Shown: positions 61,891-64,000 of the stretch, one piece after another
How the letters are laid out: every line of letters begins with the position of its first letter
How positions within the stretch are numbered: position 1 is the stretch's first letter
NCBI GenBank assembly: GCA_024137785.1
Contig: JAHRHZ010000139.1
Span: forward strand, 47,128,652-47,192,651
Origin: Ginglymostoma cirratum
Lineage: Eukaryota
Reading direction: 5' to 3'
DNA length: 64,000 nucleotides
Translations under genes and position numbers: made by a program
Notes under the pieces: model-generated
What the model saw: the letters and a program-made list of their open reading frames with translations, nothing else
The model's database searches: none
Told to the model about the DNA's origin: nothing

Positions 61891-62754
61891 TGTGCATTTT
61901 TTCTTTGGTTCAGATGAGTCATTTAGTTTTAAATGTTAGAAGCCTTTCTGATTTCACTAAAAATTAGTATGCTATTTTAAGCAACAACCCAGCCTCCTAC
62001 TCCCAAAAGTGGTATTATTGTTTTGGAAACTATGTACAGCTATGATATGAAGAGGTACAAGCTAATGTAATATGAAAAAATAAATGCTTGAAGGCAATTA
62101 AAGTGTTCTGACATCTTACCTTAAAGTCTGTGACAAAATGTTACATTTTTTTAAACTCTCAACTAACCTTATGACAAAACCATTCTAACCCAGCTATTAG
62201 AGAGTAAGCCAGCAGCCATTTGAGACCTCTGACCTTTGTTCCCTGTATCCCACAACACAGCTAAGATAGGGAATTCATTAAAATATGCCTGACCTTGCAC
62301 CATCTGTTCTTAAACGAATCATTTTAATTGTAGTCCAGACGTTTTGAACATCAGAATTTTATTCAAGATTTTTAAACCCAACATTATATTTATTATAGTA
62401 TTTTTAAATCTGTTTCCACTAATCTCGCAACTTTCAGCTTTTACAGACTGTATTGCTTCAGGTCCCAGCTCAGCTCAATTTCCTAGTGAAAGAACGTAAC
62501 ATGGGGTCTTATTTGAGGAAAACAATACAAGAAAGTTGATTATTTATTAATTTGTTAATTCAAGTCAAATACATGATTTGTTTGTTTTAAGTCCACTGTT
62601 AAAGTTTTATAAATTCAGTACAAGTCTCTGTCATTGACAAGACTAGCCCCCTGAAATCGGCACTGAGAGATTTGGGGTTAATCATTCGTGGCCTGTTTCA
62701 GTTCTAGATAAATAGTCGAAAGGGCACTGTGGGTGTGAAAGATGTTTATGTATT

Positions 62755-62970
62755 TAATGTCTTTTACTTTCTCATGATATACCAAAATGTCTTATAGCCA
62801 ATAAATTATTTTGGAACAACCAAAAAACTACTTTTGATGTGGACTCACTGTCATTTTGTAGGCAAACATGGCAGCCAATTGGCACCCAACCACACGAACA
62901 GGAAAAAAATCATTTACTGACTAATCTGTTCTTTGTACTATTGGTTGAGGGTTGAATGTTGCCCAGGAGA
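62755..62970 (-). mobile_element. Deu-domain SINE fragment
   Basis: TATAGCCAAT...GACTCACTGTCATTTTGTAGGCAAACATGGCAGCCAATT, homologous to 410-600. Confidence 0.6.
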
Positions 62971-64000
62971 AAAACAGGATAGATCAAACCACAATTAAGC
63001 ACAAGTAACACACCCAGGCAAGAAGGGATATTGCTACCGAAAACAAGAACATGTTGGATGATCTGTTTTACTGTCTTGTCATTTCAGTTCTCTGCCAATG
63101 ATCTTATAGGCCAGGTATTGCATTATGTGTTACTGGTATTCCCCATCTTGATGAGGGGAGTCAGTCAAATTTTTTTAGTGAAGGCAATAACAACAAAACC
63201 TGAGTGGAATCTTCTGATGGTTCTAGAGATCAAGCACAATTCAATTAATCTTTCGTTGAATGTTTTCGAAGGAATATGTGCTCCACACGCAAAGCAATTA
63301 AGTGAATATTTGAGTTACCCAAGAACCTACTTAATTGATCAATCGTAGGAGATAAATAAATTGCATGTACACAATTATAAAATAAGTAAAGGCTAACAAT
63401 TTGTGCATGTGTGTGTGTGTGATGTTATGTGTTTACTGAGAGAATAGCATGTCTTAACAACGTTATAGTATGTAATTTCTAGGCTGTTGTTGCATAATAT
63501 ATTTTATAGCTTAAAGTTTCTTCCTGAGTTTTGACATCAGGTGAGCATGGTTAGTGTTCAGTAGTCAAAACTAATACTGTTTAACAACTTGCATTTCTAT
63601 AGCCCTTCCCACATCCTGGAAGATGTATGATATTTCATTACACGTTGAAGGGGAATTGGTGAGGAGTTTGAACATAGTCATTTCCATTCCTATCAAATTC
63701 ATTCTGTAAAGCTGCATCATTTCAACATTACTCAAATTCAACACGAGTCAATATAATGATGGGCTGCAGAATTAGTACTGCACTTTGCTTGAGGTTACTG
63801 CCCATGATGATTTGTAAGCTCCTGCTTGCTGGTCAGGGGTTGTTTCCCTAATTAACTGCATATACTTTTGCATAACACCTTTAAACATAATGTTAGTTCT
63901 TACCTGAGCCGGCTCTCTCAGACAACCGTGATCTTGCCAGTATATGGAGCAAAGAATGAAAAATACTTTGAGGAACTAGGCACGACAACAAAATAGAACC

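Noticed and set aside
61900-64000. 3' end of a convergent neighbour gene (RTKN2 in other vertebrates)
   Set aside because: Only synteny expectation and scattered TTTATT hexamers; no recognisable coding exon in the window.

Overview
Eukaryotic, non-prokaryotic DNA from a cartilaginous fish (shark or ray), inferred from HE1-type SINEs, Deu-domain SINEs and abundant CR1/L2 LINEs. The window holds the 3' part of ARID5B on the + strand. Six coding exons (17869-17987, 19104-19308, 29692-29744, 30945-31042, 44721-44919, 57586-59766) have canonical GT-AG sites and consistent phases. An internal first exon (ATG-G at 14051-14054) gives a complete short isoform of 2859 nt / 952 aa (MAPNLKGRPRKKK...HPSTKL), followed by a ~2.1 kb 3'UTR. 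The long-isoform N-terminal exons lie upstream of the window. Almost all other ORFs in the track are spurious or are LINE remnants. Most interesting observations: (1) a ~190-bp element with the full end architecture of a DIRS-like tyrosine-recombinase retroelement; (2) seven short Penelope-like elements, most carrying a recognisable minimal hammerhead-ribozyme core, some with TSDs and inverted arms, two at nearly the same site of one SINE family; (3) Asn at the position of human regulatory Lys336; (4) a second in-frame first-exon donor and uORFs; (5) six Pumilio elements and a G-U-containing hairpin in the 3'UTR; (6) a CpG-decayed tRNA-Met abutting an HE1 SINE; (7) a three-level nested LINE stack. 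Repeat boundaries are approximate, and repeat family names and human comparisons come from recall rather than database searches.
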